Origin: Candidatus Nanosyncoccus sp.
GTDB lineage: Bacteria; Patescibacteriota; Saccharimonadia; Saccharimonadales; Saccharimonadaceae
Reading direction: 5' to 3'
Assembly (NCBI GenBank): GCA_045603565.1
Contig: JAZUML010000003.1
Location: 13,818 to 77,817 of the forward strand
Length of the DNA: 64,000 nt
The translations under genes and the position numbers were made by a program. Under the pieces are notes generated by a model. It was not told the DNA's origin, did no database searches, and was given only the letters and a program-made list of their open reading frames with translations. Positions 8,557-17,951 of this stretch are shown here, piece by piece (positions within the stretch are counted from its first letter, which is position 1; every line of letters starts with the position of its first letter).

Positions 8557-9309
8557 ATGGATAATCAGAATAAAAGCAACAAATCAATCTTACTAATAGC
8601 ATTTATTGTCTCTCAAATCATTATTCTTGCTATTATCATATCGATATATCTTCTAAATGTAAAAAGCGATGAAATTGGGCAAATGGAGACTGATAGGCAG
8701 CCCACCATTTCAATCCAAGACTTAGAAGCACGATTACCAGGCAACAAACACCAAGAAACCATAGAAATAGCATTAGCAAAAACCCTCGAACTTAATTCCG
8801 GAGAGTTTAATACAAGTGATGTAGTTGCAAATATACGCGAAGGCTCCCTCATTACGGTTGAATTCAAAGATATAGACGGAGTTTATTATAGCGCGGTAGT
8901 AGACATTCCAAATCTTCAACAATCTTACCAAATCTATTCATTCTACTCAGTTGGCGACAAGACTCCAGAAGGTCTTTCATATTCCACACAATACGTCTTG
9001 TGTTTAGACGATCATTCCGAAAAAATCTACAAAGACTTTAATTGCAGGGATTTATTCCCATCTGATACCCGAAGAACTATAGTATTCGACTATCTCAAAT
9101 ACTTCCAGTTTGATAGTTTTGGGGTATTTACGACTAAAAAAGCAGATTCTTCAACAATTTATATCGACGTCGACCCTACCATTGATCTCCCTTCAAGCGT
9201 TGAACAATCATATATCCAAGAAACAAAAGAGGCTGTTCGCTCGTTAGGGGTATCGCCGGAACTGTTTGAATATAAGATTAATAGACAAAGTAGTATCGTA
9301 GATTTGTAA
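8557..9309 (+). CDS. Hypothetical membrane-anchored protein
   Basis: Single N-terminal TM helix, 250 aa, co-oriented directly after the hydrolase. Confidence 0.7.
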   Translation: MDNQNKSNKSILLIAFIVSQIIILAIIISIYLLNVKSDEIGQMETDRQPTISIQDLEARLPGNKHQETIEIALAKTLELNSGEFNTSDVVANIREGSLITVEFKDIDGVYYSAVVDIPNLQQSYQIYSFYSVGDKTPEGLSYSTQYVLCLDDHSEKIYKDFNCRDLFPSDTRRTIVFDYLKYFQFDSFGVFTTKKADSSTIYIDVDPTIDLPSSVEQSYIQETKEAVRSLGVSPELFEYKINRQSSIVDL

Positions 9310-9361
9310 TCTCTTCCCAAATCCTCTAATCTGTGCTATAATAACCCCACAATATTAGCTC

Positions 9362-9411
9362 AGCAAACGAGTCAACCTCTCGATAGACCACGAGAAAGAA
9401 CGACGTTTGCT
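9362..9411 (+). promoter_or_regulatory. Structured 5' leader of rpsF (candidate S6:S18 autoregulatory leader)
   Basis: AGCAAAC/GTTTGCT outer stem and TCTCG/CGAGA inner stem between TGCTATAAT (~9334) and the GGAG RBS; S6:S18 leaders are known upstream of rpsF, match not verified. Confidence 0.4.
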
Positions 9412-9430
9412 TTAACCAAAGGAGTGTCTT

Positions 9431-9793
9431 ATGAAAGACTACGAACTCACAGTCTTGTTTCATCCTGATTTAGAGATGAATCTAGACCCTGCTCTCGAAA
9501 AGGTCAAAAGCCTCATCGAGACAAACAAAGGCAAAATCACAAAAGAAGAAAACGACGGCAAAAAACGCCTCGCCTATTCTATCAACAACCAAGAATTTGC
9601 CATTTATTACTATTTTGACCTTGAGCTACCAGCTACAGCCCCGGCCAAAATTTCGTCTAGCCTCAATATCAGCGACGAAGTAATACGCTATCTTTTAGTC
9701 CGCGTGGACGAAAGAAAAGCCAAATTAGCTGCCCGCAAAAAAGACAGCGAAAAAACAGAAGCTCAAGAATCTAAAGAAGAAAAAGGAGAATAA
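9431..9793 (+). CDS. rpsF: 30S ribosomal protein S6
   Basis: YELTVLFHPDL...GKKRLAYSI...VIRYLLV. Confidence 0.96.
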   Translation: MKDYELTVLFHPDLEMNLDPALEKVKSLIETNKGKITKEENDGKKRLAYSINNQEFAIYYYFDLELPATAPAKISSSLNISDEVIRYLLVRVDERKAKLAARKKDSEKTEAQESKEEKGE

Positions 9794-9795
9794 TC

Positions 9796-10248
9796 ATGCG
9801 CGGATTTTCAAAAGCCATCATTACTGGCAACCTTACTCGTGATCCAGAACTCAGAAATACTCCCAACGGCGCCTCTGTCTGTAGTTTTTCTGTAGCGGTT
9901 AATCGTGTCTATCGTGATTCGAATGGCGAGCAAAAAGAAGATGTATCATTTATCGACTGTTCTGCCTGGGGCAAACTTGGTGAAATGATTAGTCAATACG
10001 CCAAAAAAGGTTCTGGAGTCCTAGTCTCTGGTCGTCTTGACCAACGCAGCTGGGAAGACAAAACCACCGGTCAAAAACGTTCCCGTGTCGAAATCGTAGT
10101 CGAAGATTTCAACTTTACCGGTAGCGCCCGCGACAATGGTGGTTCCTCTAGCTTTGGTGCTAGCGATGTTACACCATCAGATAATGTCGAAAACATCCCC
10201 GATGACATCCCGGACGAAGAAATTGATTTAAGTGATGTCCCATTCTAA
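9796..10248 (+). CDS. ssb: Single-stranded DNA-binding protein
   Basis: GNLTRDPELR OB fold; acidic tail ending DVPF. Confidence 0.96.
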   Translation: MRGFSKAIITGNLTRDPELRNTPNGASVCSFSVAVNRVYRDSNGEQKEDVSFIDCSAWGKLGEMISQYAKKGSGVLVSGRLDQRSWEDKTTGQKRSRVEIVVEDFNFTGSARDNGGSSSFGASDVTPSDNVENIPDDIPDEEIDLSDVPF

Positions 10249-10276
10249 ATGGTAAAATTAAACGAAGGAGAATTTT

Positions 10277-10474
10277 ATGAAAAGGATAAAAAGCGATCCA
10301 GATTTATACTTTGATTATCGCGATGCAAAATCTTTGCAACGTTATTTGGATAGCTATGGCCGCATTGAGCCAATCGCCAAGACTGGCCTCTCTGCCAAAC
10401 AACAACGCCAACTAGCAGTTGCAGTCAAGCGTGCTCGTCACCTAGCATATTTACCATTTGTATCGAAAGGATAA
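10277..10474 (+). CDS. rpsR: 30S ribosomal protein S18
   Basis: FDYRD...GRI....[26 protein letters not shown]. Confidence 0.95.
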   Translation: MKRIKSDPDLYFDYRDAKSLQRYLDSYGRIEPIAKTGLSAKQQRQLAVAVKRARHLAYLPFVSKG

Positions 10475-10481
10475 GGATAAA

Positions 10482-11042
10482 ATGTACGGACCAACAGATC
10501 TAAAGAAAAATACACTCATTACTTTAGACGGACAGCCGTATAAGGTGGTGGAATATTCTCAAAAAGTCATGGGCCGTGGCGGCTCGATTGTTAACGTCAA
10601 GGTCAAAAACTTAATCACCGGCGCACTTTTACCCAAAACATTCAAAGGGCAAGAAAAGATCGAACCCGCCGAGGTAACTACTCGCAAGGTTCAGTACCTT
10701 TACAAGGATGACGAAAAGTTTTATTTCATGAATCCAGAAAGTTTCGAACAATATGAACTTCCAGCCGATATGGTAGGCGAGTCCAAAGATTACATGAAAG
10801 ATGGAGACGAAATGGAAATCCAGTTCTATAATGGCACTCCAATTAATCTCGTACTACCAAAGAATCTTTGGCTCGAAGTAGTTTATACCGAGAATGCCGT
10901 AAAGGGCGATACTACGAGTTCTGTTATGAAAGACGCCAAACTTGAAACAGGCATCGTAATCAAAGTTCCTGCTTTTATCAAAGAAGGCGATATCGTATCA
11001 GTCGATACGGAGTCTGGTGCTTACCGTGAGCGTAAAAAATAG
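10482..11042 (+). CDS. efp: Elongation factor P (loop MGRGG)
   Basis: KVKNLITG, YLYKD, VKGDT, KVPAFIKEGDIVSVDTESGAYRER; start set at MYGPTDLKK. Confidence 0.94.
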   Translation: MYGPTDLKKNTLITLDGQPYKVVEYSQKVMGRGGSIVNVKVKNLITGALLPKTFKGQEKIEPAEVTTRKVQYLYKDDEKFYFMNPESFEQYELPADMVGESKDYMKDGDEMEIQFYNGTPINLVLPKNLWLEVVYTENAVKGDTTSSVMKDAKLETGIVIKVPAFIKEGDIVSVDTESGAYRERKK

Positions 11043-11679
11043 AGGGTATTACAAAATTGAAGGTGCAGCTCGCGCCTTCAATTTTGATTTCAAAAACAAA
11101 ATCGTATTAGACATCGGTTCATCTACTGGAGGTTTCACTCAATACGCCTTAGATCATGGCGCTAAAAAAGTCATCGCCATAGAAAAGGGAACCAAACAAA
11201 TGGCACCCTCACTCCGCCAAGACCCCCGTGTCGAACTTCACGAAAAAACCGACATCTTTGACGTAAAAACAACAGAACTGTCTTCTTCGGGACGCTCCTC
11301 GCGTCCATCTTCATGGGGCTCGTCGCTGAGTCCTCGTAGCGACTGCGGATTCCCCTCAGAAGACAATTCTGTTGTTTTTGATGTTATTGTAGCTGATGTT
11401 TCATTTACTAGTCTTACAAAAGTTTTAGCTCATACCAAGGCAAATTTAGCGAGCGAAGCCACTAAATTTCTCGTAATGTTAAAACCCCAGTTCGAGGCCA
11501 GGCCAGATCAACTCAACAAAGGCGTTATCAAAAACGAGTCAATTCGTCGCGACATTATCAAACAATTCGAACAATGGCTCAAAGATCACGATTTTGTCAT
11601 TATCAAAAAACGCGACAATCTCTTGAAAGGGAAGACCGGAAATCAGGAAAGATTTTATTATTTAACACTTGCAAAATAA
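11026..11679 (+). CDS. TlyA-family SAM methyltransferase lacking the S4 domain, with a ~35-aa palindromic insertion
   Basis: VLDIGSSTGGFT, DVSFTSL, MLKPQFEA, GKTGNQERF; start codon uncertain (GTG 11017 or 11026). Confidence 0.85.
   Translation: MSVKNRGYYKIEGAARAFNFDFKNKIVLDIGSSTGGFTQYALDHGAKKVIAIEKGTKQMAPSLRQDPRVELHEKTDIFDVKTTELSSSGRSSRPSSWGSSLSPRSDCGFPSEDNSVVFDVIVADVSFTSLTKVLAHTKANLASEATKFLVMLKPQFEARPDQLNKGVIKNESIRRDIIKQFEQWLKDHDFVIIKKRDNLLKGKTGNQERFYYLTLAK
11265..11379. repeat. Family A palindromic element, in frame within the tlyA-like gene
   Basis: 22-bp arms 11265-11286 and 11358-11379 (21/22 complementary); core CCATCTTCATGGGGCTCGTCGCTGAGTCC resembles the reverse complement of 23050-23101. 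Confidence 0.88.
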
Positions 11680-11697
11680 AAAGTTTAAGCTTATAAT
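11669..11697 (+). promoter_or_regulatory. Sigma70 promoter of the pil operon
   Basis: TTGCAA-17 bp-TATAAT, 6 nt before the pilM ATG. Confidence 0.7.
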
Positions 11698-11703
11698 AAA
11701 CTT

Positions 11704-12750
11704 ATGAACTTATTACATGGCGTGGGCGATTTCTTCTCTCTTGATATAGGGACGAACTCGATGCGATTAGTACAGCTTTCTGGTAGCGGCCAACGTGGTT
11801 GGGCTTTGCAAAAATTCGCATACGTGCCGATTGACCAAAGATTGACTCAAGACTCATCAGATTTAGGTAAAAAACGCTTCGGTGAGGCTATTTTGGGCGC
11901 CGTAGAACAAGCCGGCATCAAGACCAAAAACCTAGCCCTCGGTTTACCCGCCAGCAAGACCTTTACCTCAATTGTAGAGACCGAAACTTTACCAGACAAA
12001 GAGCTTCGCAAAGCCTTCAAATACGAGATGGACAAATATATTCCGATGTCGTCAAACGACGCCAAGGCTGACTATCTAATTCTCGGCCCCAGCCCTAACG
12101 ATCCCGCCAAGACCGAAGTTCTGGTTTCTTCAGTTGCTAAGGAATATGCCGAATCCGTCATGGAAATGATTGAAAAAACCGGACTCAATATTATCGCCAT
12201 GGAACCAGAACCACTCGCCATGGCACGCTCTCTAGCTATTCCAGGTGCTATCGACGCCACTATGATTGTAGACTTTGGTGAAAAATCCACCGATTTAGTT
12301 ATCGTTTACAAAGAACAACCGCGACTGGTTCGCTCAATTCCAGGTGGTTTCGAGGTCTTAATTCATGCTATCGCTAATGGCCTAAATGTGCGCGAAGACC
12401 AAGCCAGGCAATTTATCCTCAAGTTTGGTCTAGACGAAACTCAAGTAGAAGGCCAAGTCTTTAAGATTCTCAACACCCACCTAGATAATTTCGCTTCCGA
12501 ACTTGCCAAATCCATCCGTTTCTTCCAGACCAAGTACTTGGGTGGCAAAATCGGCGGTATCGTTCTTTCTGGCTATGCTGGTATTATTCCACTCTTCACT
12601 GAATTTATCGAAGCCAAGACCAATGTTCCGACCATGAAAGGCAACCCATGGCAACTAGTTCGCACCACCCAAGAGCAACAACAGGTCTTGATGAATGTCG
12701 CGAGCGAATTTGCTGTCGCGATTGGTTTGTCGGAAAGGAGTAACGATTAA
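11704..12750 (+). CDS. pilM: Type IV pilus assembly ATPase-like protein PilM
   Basis: SLDIGTNSMRLVQL, actin-like fold, IVDFGEKST, IVLSGYAG, FAVAIGLS. Confidence 0.92.
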   Translation: MNLLHGVGDFFSLDIGTNSMRLVQLSGSGQRGWALQKFAYVPIDQRLTQDSSDLGKKRFGEAILGAVEQAGIKTKNLALGLPASKTFTSIVETETLPDKELRKAFKYEMDKYIPMSSNDAKADYLILGPSPNDPAKTEVLVSSVAKEYAESVMEMIEKTGLNIIAMEPEPLAMARSLAIPGAIDATMIVDFGEKSTDLVIVYKEQPRLVRSIPGGFEVLIHAIANGLNVREDQARQFILKFGLDETQVEGQVFKILNTHLDNFASELAKSIRFFQTKYLGGKIGGIVLSGYAGIIPLFTEFIEAKTNVPTMKGNPWQLVRTTQEQQQVLMNVASEFAVAIGLSERSND

Positions 12751-13928
12751 TGGCGCGTGAAGTAAACCTTGTTCCAGATATCAAAGACGAGATGATCAAA
12801 GCGCTCAAGCTTCGCAATTTTATCTTCTTTATCTGCGCTGTTGTAGCGGCTGCTAGTATTGGCATTACAATTCTAGTCGCCTTAATCGCGGGTGGTCAAA
12901 AACTAGCTCTAGACAGCAAGAAAAACACCATCGATACCTTATCATCCAAACTCAACTCATTCAGCGATCTCAATGACTTTCTCACCTACAAAGACCAGCT
13001 TGGTAATATCGCTGCTCTAACTAGCAACAAGCAAGTGATGTCTAGAACTTTCGACATTCTTTCTGCCATTATTCCTACTGGAGCTGACACTATCACGCTC
13101 TCCGAATTAAGTGTCAGTCTTTCTGGAGATCAGCCTACTTTTACTTTTGATGCAATCGCGAATGCCGGCGAAGAACCTTATATCGATTATCGCGTTCTCG
13201 AATCATTCAAAAAGAGTATGAGCTTCTTGCGTTATGATTACGGTAACTATGTCGACAAAAATGGTTGGGTCATCCCAGCTTACTGCATGATCGAGCACGG
13301 AACTGACGGCGCCATCCTTAATGATTCTTCAAAGGGTACCTATGCCTACTGGACAATTAACGCTGAAGGTTGTAAACCTACCACAAGTGAAGGCTCTACT
13401 ACTTCCTCAGAAGAATACTCTACCGAAGATTACGAAGGTCAACAAGTCGTCCGAATTTGGCGCACTCCGCAATTCTCGGATTGGTACAAAGAGACCGAAC
13501 AATCGGGTCAACCATACATAAGTCTGACTGGACAAATTTCAAACGTTCCACATTTCGTGAGCTCCTGTATCACCTATACAGGCGACGCTAGCCAAGACAA
13601 ATCTAATCCAAAATGGACTTCCACAAATGAAAGCTGCTTATTGGTCCCAGCCGGGAGTGATGGCTTCAATATATCAAACTCTTCTAATGGTCGAAACAGT
13701 AACGAAGAATTGGTCTTAAGCTTTTCGGTAACAATTTCTTTGTCACCCGAAATCTTCTCGTTTAACAATCATCATGTGTTAGCTATCGCTCCGTCTGGCC
13801 GTCATAATGTCACTGACTCATATTCCCAGATTCAGTCTATGTTTGGAGAAAAAGCATCGGAATGCGCTGAAGACGACGAGGCATGTAATAACGCCACAAA
13901 TATACCAAACGAAGAGGAGGATGAGTAA
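12750..13928 (+). CDS. pilN: PilN-like alignment protein with a large periplasmic insertion
   Basis: EVNLVPD PilM-binding motif followed by a TM helix and coiled coil; position after pilM. Confidence 0.7.
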   Translation: MAREVNLVPDIKDEMIKALKLRNFIFFICAVVAAASIGITILVALIAGGQKLALDSKKNTIDTLSSKLNSFSDLNDFLTYKDQLGNIAALTSNKQVMSRTFDILSAIIPTGADTITLSELSVSLSGDQPTFTFDAIANAGEEPYIDYRVLESFKKSMSFLRYDYGNYVDKNGWVIPAYCMIEHGTDGAILNDSSKGTYAYWTINAEGCKPTTSEGSTTSSEEYSTEDYEGQQVVRIWRTPQFSDWYKETEQSGQPYISLTGQISNVPHFVSSCITYTGDASQDKSNPKWTSTNESCLLVPAGSDGFNISNSSNGRNSNEELVLSFSVTISLSPEIFSFNNHHVLAIAPSGRHNVTDSYSQIQSMFGEKASECAEDDEACNNATNIPNEEEDE

Positions 13929-14812
13929 TGGCCAAAGAAGTAGCAATCGGAAAACGTGCCAAAATCTCTGAGGCCCAGCAATACATGTTGCTTTCCGTGC
14001 TTGGTGCCGCCATCTTTCTAGGCGCAGCCATATCACTGGTTTCTCACTTTGTCCAGCAAATTGCTTTCAATGCCGAGATTATTGCCGCTGAAGAACAATC
14101 CATTGTCTCATATTCTGATGCAATCAAAGCCATTGGTATCTGCGAAAGTCCCAAAGGCAACATATACTCCGACGCAGAACTCAAGAAATGCGATCCAGAC
14201 TCCATCGAAACATCGCAAGTCCCAGGTACCCTAAGAGCAAACATTTTAGAGAATCTTGCCACCAACTCAGCACTAAATTCTGTACCAAAAGAAGGCAATT
14301 CTGAGTGTGTTGATACCGAGGGTAAACCCTATACCTACAAAGAATTAAATCAAATGTATAAAGACGCGATCGGCGCTGATGCTTTGCGCGCCGCCGCCAA
14401 CCGCATCAAAAACTGTTCCGCTCTTCGTATTATTCCAGATGCCTTACCAGCATTTCAAAACGAGGAAGCTTTGCTTTCTAGTTTGAACAAACTGTTTATT
14501 GTGTCCGAAGTAGAACCAAAACATTTTGGCGCCTCTGGATCTACTCAAAAATCCAGCTCAAAAACAACCGTTCATCCAGTAACTATTAGTTTTGGCTTTG
14601 ATAACGTTGATGCAAATACGGTTACTACAATCCTTCGCAACGTAGAGCGTTCGATTCGCGAATTCGACGTCCGAAGGATAAAACTAGAATATAAGAATAC
14701 AGGATCGGGTTTTAATTTTGACCTCTCCGCATCGGACGCCAGTGCTTATTATATGGATGCTTCAAAATTAAATGAAACCACAGTTACTATAGAACCGGAG
14801 GATAAAAAATGA
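13928..14812 (+). CDS. PilO-like alignment protein
   Basis: N-terminal TM, coiled coil, C-terminal ..LRNVERSIREFDV ferredoxin-like region; synteny. Confidence 0.6.
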   Translation: MAKEVAIGKRAKISEAQQYMLLSVLGAAIFLGAAISLVSHFVQQIAFNAEIIAAEEQSIVSYSDAIKAIGICESPKGNIYSDAELKKCDPDSIETSQVPGTLRANILENLATNSALNSVPKEGNSECVDTEGKPYTYKELNQMYKDAIGADALRAAANRIKNCSALRIIPDALPAFQNEEALLSSLNKLFIVSEVEPKHFGASGSTQKSSSKTTVHPVTISFGFDNVDANTVTTILRNVERSIREFDVRRIKLEYKNTGSGFNFDLSASDASAYYMDASKLNETTVTIEPEDKK

Positions 14813-15081
14813 AAACCGACCTCATCTCATCAATTGGAGTAGCTATCGCGGGAGCAGTTATTGCCTACTTTGTCTGCAACATGTTTATCGGTCCACTAGA
14901 GAGCTTCTCTTTCTCGGCCCTTGATTCTAGTTCCAAAATCAGCGCTGATGTCGAGCAGCCGAGCGTCGAAGTCTTTAATTACAAAGCCCTCAATCCCACC
15001 GTCGAAGTCTATGTTGGTAACTGTCAAGAATACGTTGACGGAGAATGCGTTGATGATACCAATCAGAATGGAGGACAGTAA
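14809..15081 (+). CDS. Small membrane protein in the pil operon
   Basis: ATGA overlap with the upstream gene; N-terminal hydrophobic helix. Confidence 0.7.
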   Translation: MKTDLISSIGVAIAGAVIAYFVCNMFIGPLESFSFSALDSSSKISADVEQPSVEVFNYKALNPTVEVYVGNCQEYVDGECVDDTNQNGGQ

Positions 15082-16847
15082 TGGCATTACTGACCAAAGA
15101 GGCCGAGAACAAAATCGTCAACCTCCTCTTGATGGAGGGCTTAGCTGACACCGAATTAGTTAACAAAATTCGTGAACAAGTCGAAGTAGAGAACAAGCCA
15201 ATCTTAGCCGAACTATTATCTCGCAATCTCATCAACAACGAAATGGTAGCACACGCTACCGCCGTCATTATTGGTGTACCATATGTTGAACTCAAAAACA
15301 TCACCTTAGACCAAGATACTCTTTCCAAGATTCCGGGCGACGCCTCATCTAGGGTGCTTGCCGTTCCGCTAGGAGAGAAAGACGGACTTCTTAATGTCGC
15401 AATGGTCGACGTAACCAACGTCCAAGCCACAGACTACATCTCAAATCTGGTTAATCAGCCGATCCGCGTCTGGATGTCTTCTGAGCGTGGTATTCGTGAC
15501 GCATTAGAGCAATATCACGGTGATTTTTCAAGCGTCAACGAAGCTGTCCGCGAAACTGATGAAGAAATCGCCGATCAAGAAGCCCGCTCCGATGTCAAAA
15601 CCATTGTCCAAGACTCGCCAATCTCAAAAGCCCTTACGACCATTTTAAGTTATGCTGCTAAGACTAAAGCTTCCGATATTCACATCGAGCCACTCGAAAA
15701 CTCGCTGATCATTCGTTGTCGTATTGATGGCGTATTGAGAAAAATCATGGAGCTTCCCAAGACTGTTGCCCCAGCACTCGTTTCTCGTATCAAAATTCTC
15801 TCCAGTCTCAAAATCGACGAGCACCGTATTCCGCAGGACGGTCAGTTTACTGTCTTAGTCGATGGTCAAGAAATCGACTTGCGTATCGCTACCTCACCAG
15901 TCACTTGGGGGGAACAAGTCGTTATTCGTCTTTTGGACAAAACTGGCGTCACTATGGAAGTCGAAAAAATGGGCATGAGCGGCCGCGCTCTAAGAGCTGT
16001 GCTAGACGGTATCAAAAAACCAAATGGCATGATTCTAACTTCTGGTCCTACCGGTTCTGGTAAGTCGACTACTCTCTACGCCTTAATTCAGCAAATCAAA
16101 TCCGAAGCTATTAATATTGTTACCCTCGAAGATCCGGTCGAGTACAAAATGGACGGCATTAATCAGATTCAAGTCAACGTTGATGCCGGCCTTACTTTTG
16201 CATCTGGTCTCCGCTCAATCTTGCGTCAAGACCCTGACGTAGTCATGGTGGGTGAGATTCGTGACTCCGAAACCGCAGGTTTGGCTGTACAGGCTGCCCT
16301 TACTGGTCACTTGGTCTTCTCGACCCTACACACCAACTCTGCTGCCGGTATTTTGCCTCGTCTTCTTGATATGGGTATCGAACCATTCCTTCTCGCCTCG
16401 ACTTTGAATGTCGTTATTGGTCAGCGCTTGGTTCGACGCACTACTGAAAAACGCGAAACTTACAAGTCTTCTGAACTCGAAACCGAAAGTATCAATGCTC
16501 TTGTGGGCGATTTATTGCCAGAAGACAAAGAATCCGTCGACAAAGTCAGTGAAGATTTGGGTTATCCTGGTTTACCCGTCAAAAACGATACCACTTATCT
16601 ATTATCTCGTGGTATGGATACCAAAGAAACTCCAGGTGGTTATTCTGGTCGTACCGGCTTGTACGAAACCATTATCGTGGACGAAGACATTCAAAAAATG
16701 ATTATTAATCATTCTACTGCCAATGAAATCATGCGACTAGCAAAAACCAAAGGGACTGTCACGATGCGTCAAGACGGCATCCTAAAAAGCCTATCTGGAT
16801 TAACAACATTAGAGGAGGTAAACCGCGTGGCCAGTGATTTGTCATAA
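15081..16847 (+). CDS. pilB: Type IV pilus extension ATPase PilB (GspE/PulE family)
   Basis: ASDIHIEP, SGPTGSGKSTT, TLEDPVE, LRQDPDVVMVGEIRD, GHLVFSTLHTN. Confidence 0.95.
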   Translation: MALLTKEAENKIVNLLLMEGLADTELVNKIREQVEVENKPILAELLSRNLINNEMVAHATAVIIGVPYVELKNITLDQDTLSKIPGDASSRVLAVPLGEKDGLLNVAMVDVTNVQATDYISNLVNQPIRVWMSSERGIRDALEQYHGDFSSVNEAVRETDEEIADQEARSDVKTIVQDSPISKALTTILSYAAKTKASDIHIEPLENSLIIRCRIDGVLRKIMELPKTVAPALVSRIKILSSLKIDEHRIPQDGQFTVLVDGQEIDLRIATSPVTWGEQVVIRLLDKTGVTMEVEKMGMSGRALRAVLDGIKKPNGMILTSGPTGSGKSTTLYALIQQIKSEAINIVTLEDPVEYKMDGINQIQVNVDAGLTFASGLRSILRQDPDVVMVGEIRDSETAGLAVQAALTGHLVFSTLHTNSAAGILPRLLDMGIEPFLLASTLNVVIGQRLVRRTTEKRETYKSSELETESINALVGDLLPEDKESVDKVSEDLGYPGLPVKNDTTYLLSRGMDTKETPGGYSGRTGLYETIIVDEDIQKMIINHSTANEIMRLAKTKGTVTMRQDGILKSLSGLTTLEEVNRVASDLS

Positions 16848-16852
16848 ACCTC

Positions 16853-17950
16853 GTGGCGAGAAAAAATATGGATAATACTACACAAGCTACTATACCAAAA
16901 ATCGAAACCTTGCTCGAGGAGTGTATTCGCCGCAAGGCTTCAGATTTGCACGTTCAATATGGTCTTCCTCCGATTCTACGTATCGACGGAGTACTTACAC
17001 CTATAGCCGGCACCGCTACCCTAAACGAAGAAATGCTAAAAAATATCATCTTTGCTACCCTAGACGAAGACCAACAAAAAATCCTCATGAAAGACAAAGA
17101 ATTTGATTACTCCTTTGCTTTTGGCGATATCGCGCGCTTTCGTGTAAACGCTTTTCATGAAAGAGGTAAACTAGCTGCCGCCTTCCGTTTGATTCCTAAT
17201 CAAATCCGTAGCATCAACGACCTCGGCATGCCAACCATCGTCGAATCCTTTGCAGAATTTCCACGCGGTTTAGTACTCGTGACGGGCCCTACTGGCTCTG
17301 GTAAATCTACCACCCTCGCTGCACTTGTCGACAAAATCAATCGTGAAAAATCTACTCACATTATCACTATCGAAGATCCAATCGAATTTACTCACAAATC
17401 TCAACGTTCTGTCATCGTGCAAAGGGAAGTGCATTACGATACTTTTAGCTTTGCCGCCGCATTGCGCTCGGTACTTCGTGAAGATCCCGACGTAGTATTA
17501 ATCGGTGAGATGCGCGACCTAGAAACCATCCAAGCTGCTATTACTATTGCTGAGACCGGCCACTTAGTGTTCGCTACCTTGCATACCAACTCCGCCGCTC
17601 AGTCTATCGACCGCATGATTGATGTTTTCCCAGCCCACCAGCAACCTCAGGTTCGTTCACAGTTGTCTAATATGCTGATGGCAGTATGCGCACAGCGACT
17701 TGTGCCAGCTATCGGTGGTGGCCGCGTAGTAGCTGCCGAAATCATGGTAGCTAATTCCGCTATTCGTTCGCTCATCCGCGAGGGCAAAACCCATCAAATT
17801 GACACCGCAATTCAGACGGGTGCCGAGCAAGGCATGCAGACTATGGACCGCACCCTAGCAAAACTCGTCCAGACCGGTGTAATCACCTACGATTCTGCCC
17901 GCGAATTTGCCGTCGATATCAACGAGCTAAACAGGTTAGTCAGAGGTTAA
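16853..17950 (+). CDS. pilT: Type IV pilus retraction ATPase PilT
   Basis: TGPTGSGKSTTLAA, TIEDPIE, LREDPDVVLIGEMRD, AIRSLIRE (AIRNLIRE motif), GMQTMD. Confidence 0.96.
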   Translation: MARKNMDNTTQATIPKIETLLEECIRRKASDLHVQYGLPPILRIDGVLTPIAGTATLNEEMLKNIIFATLDEDQQKILMKDKEFDYSFAFGDIARFRVNAFHERGKLAAAFRLIPNQIRSINDLGMPTIVESFAEFPRGLVLVTGPTGSGKSTTLAALVDKINREKSTHIITIEDPIEFTHKSQRSVIVQREVHYDTFSFAAALRSVLREDPDVVLIGEMRDLETIQAAITIAETGHLVFATLHTNSAAQSIDRMIDVFPAHQQPQVRSQLSNMLMAVCAQRLVPAIGGGRVVAAEIMVANSAIRSLIREGKTHQIDTAIQTGAEQGMQTMDRTLAKLVQTGVITYDSAREFAVDINELNRLVRG

Positions 17951-17951
17951 A

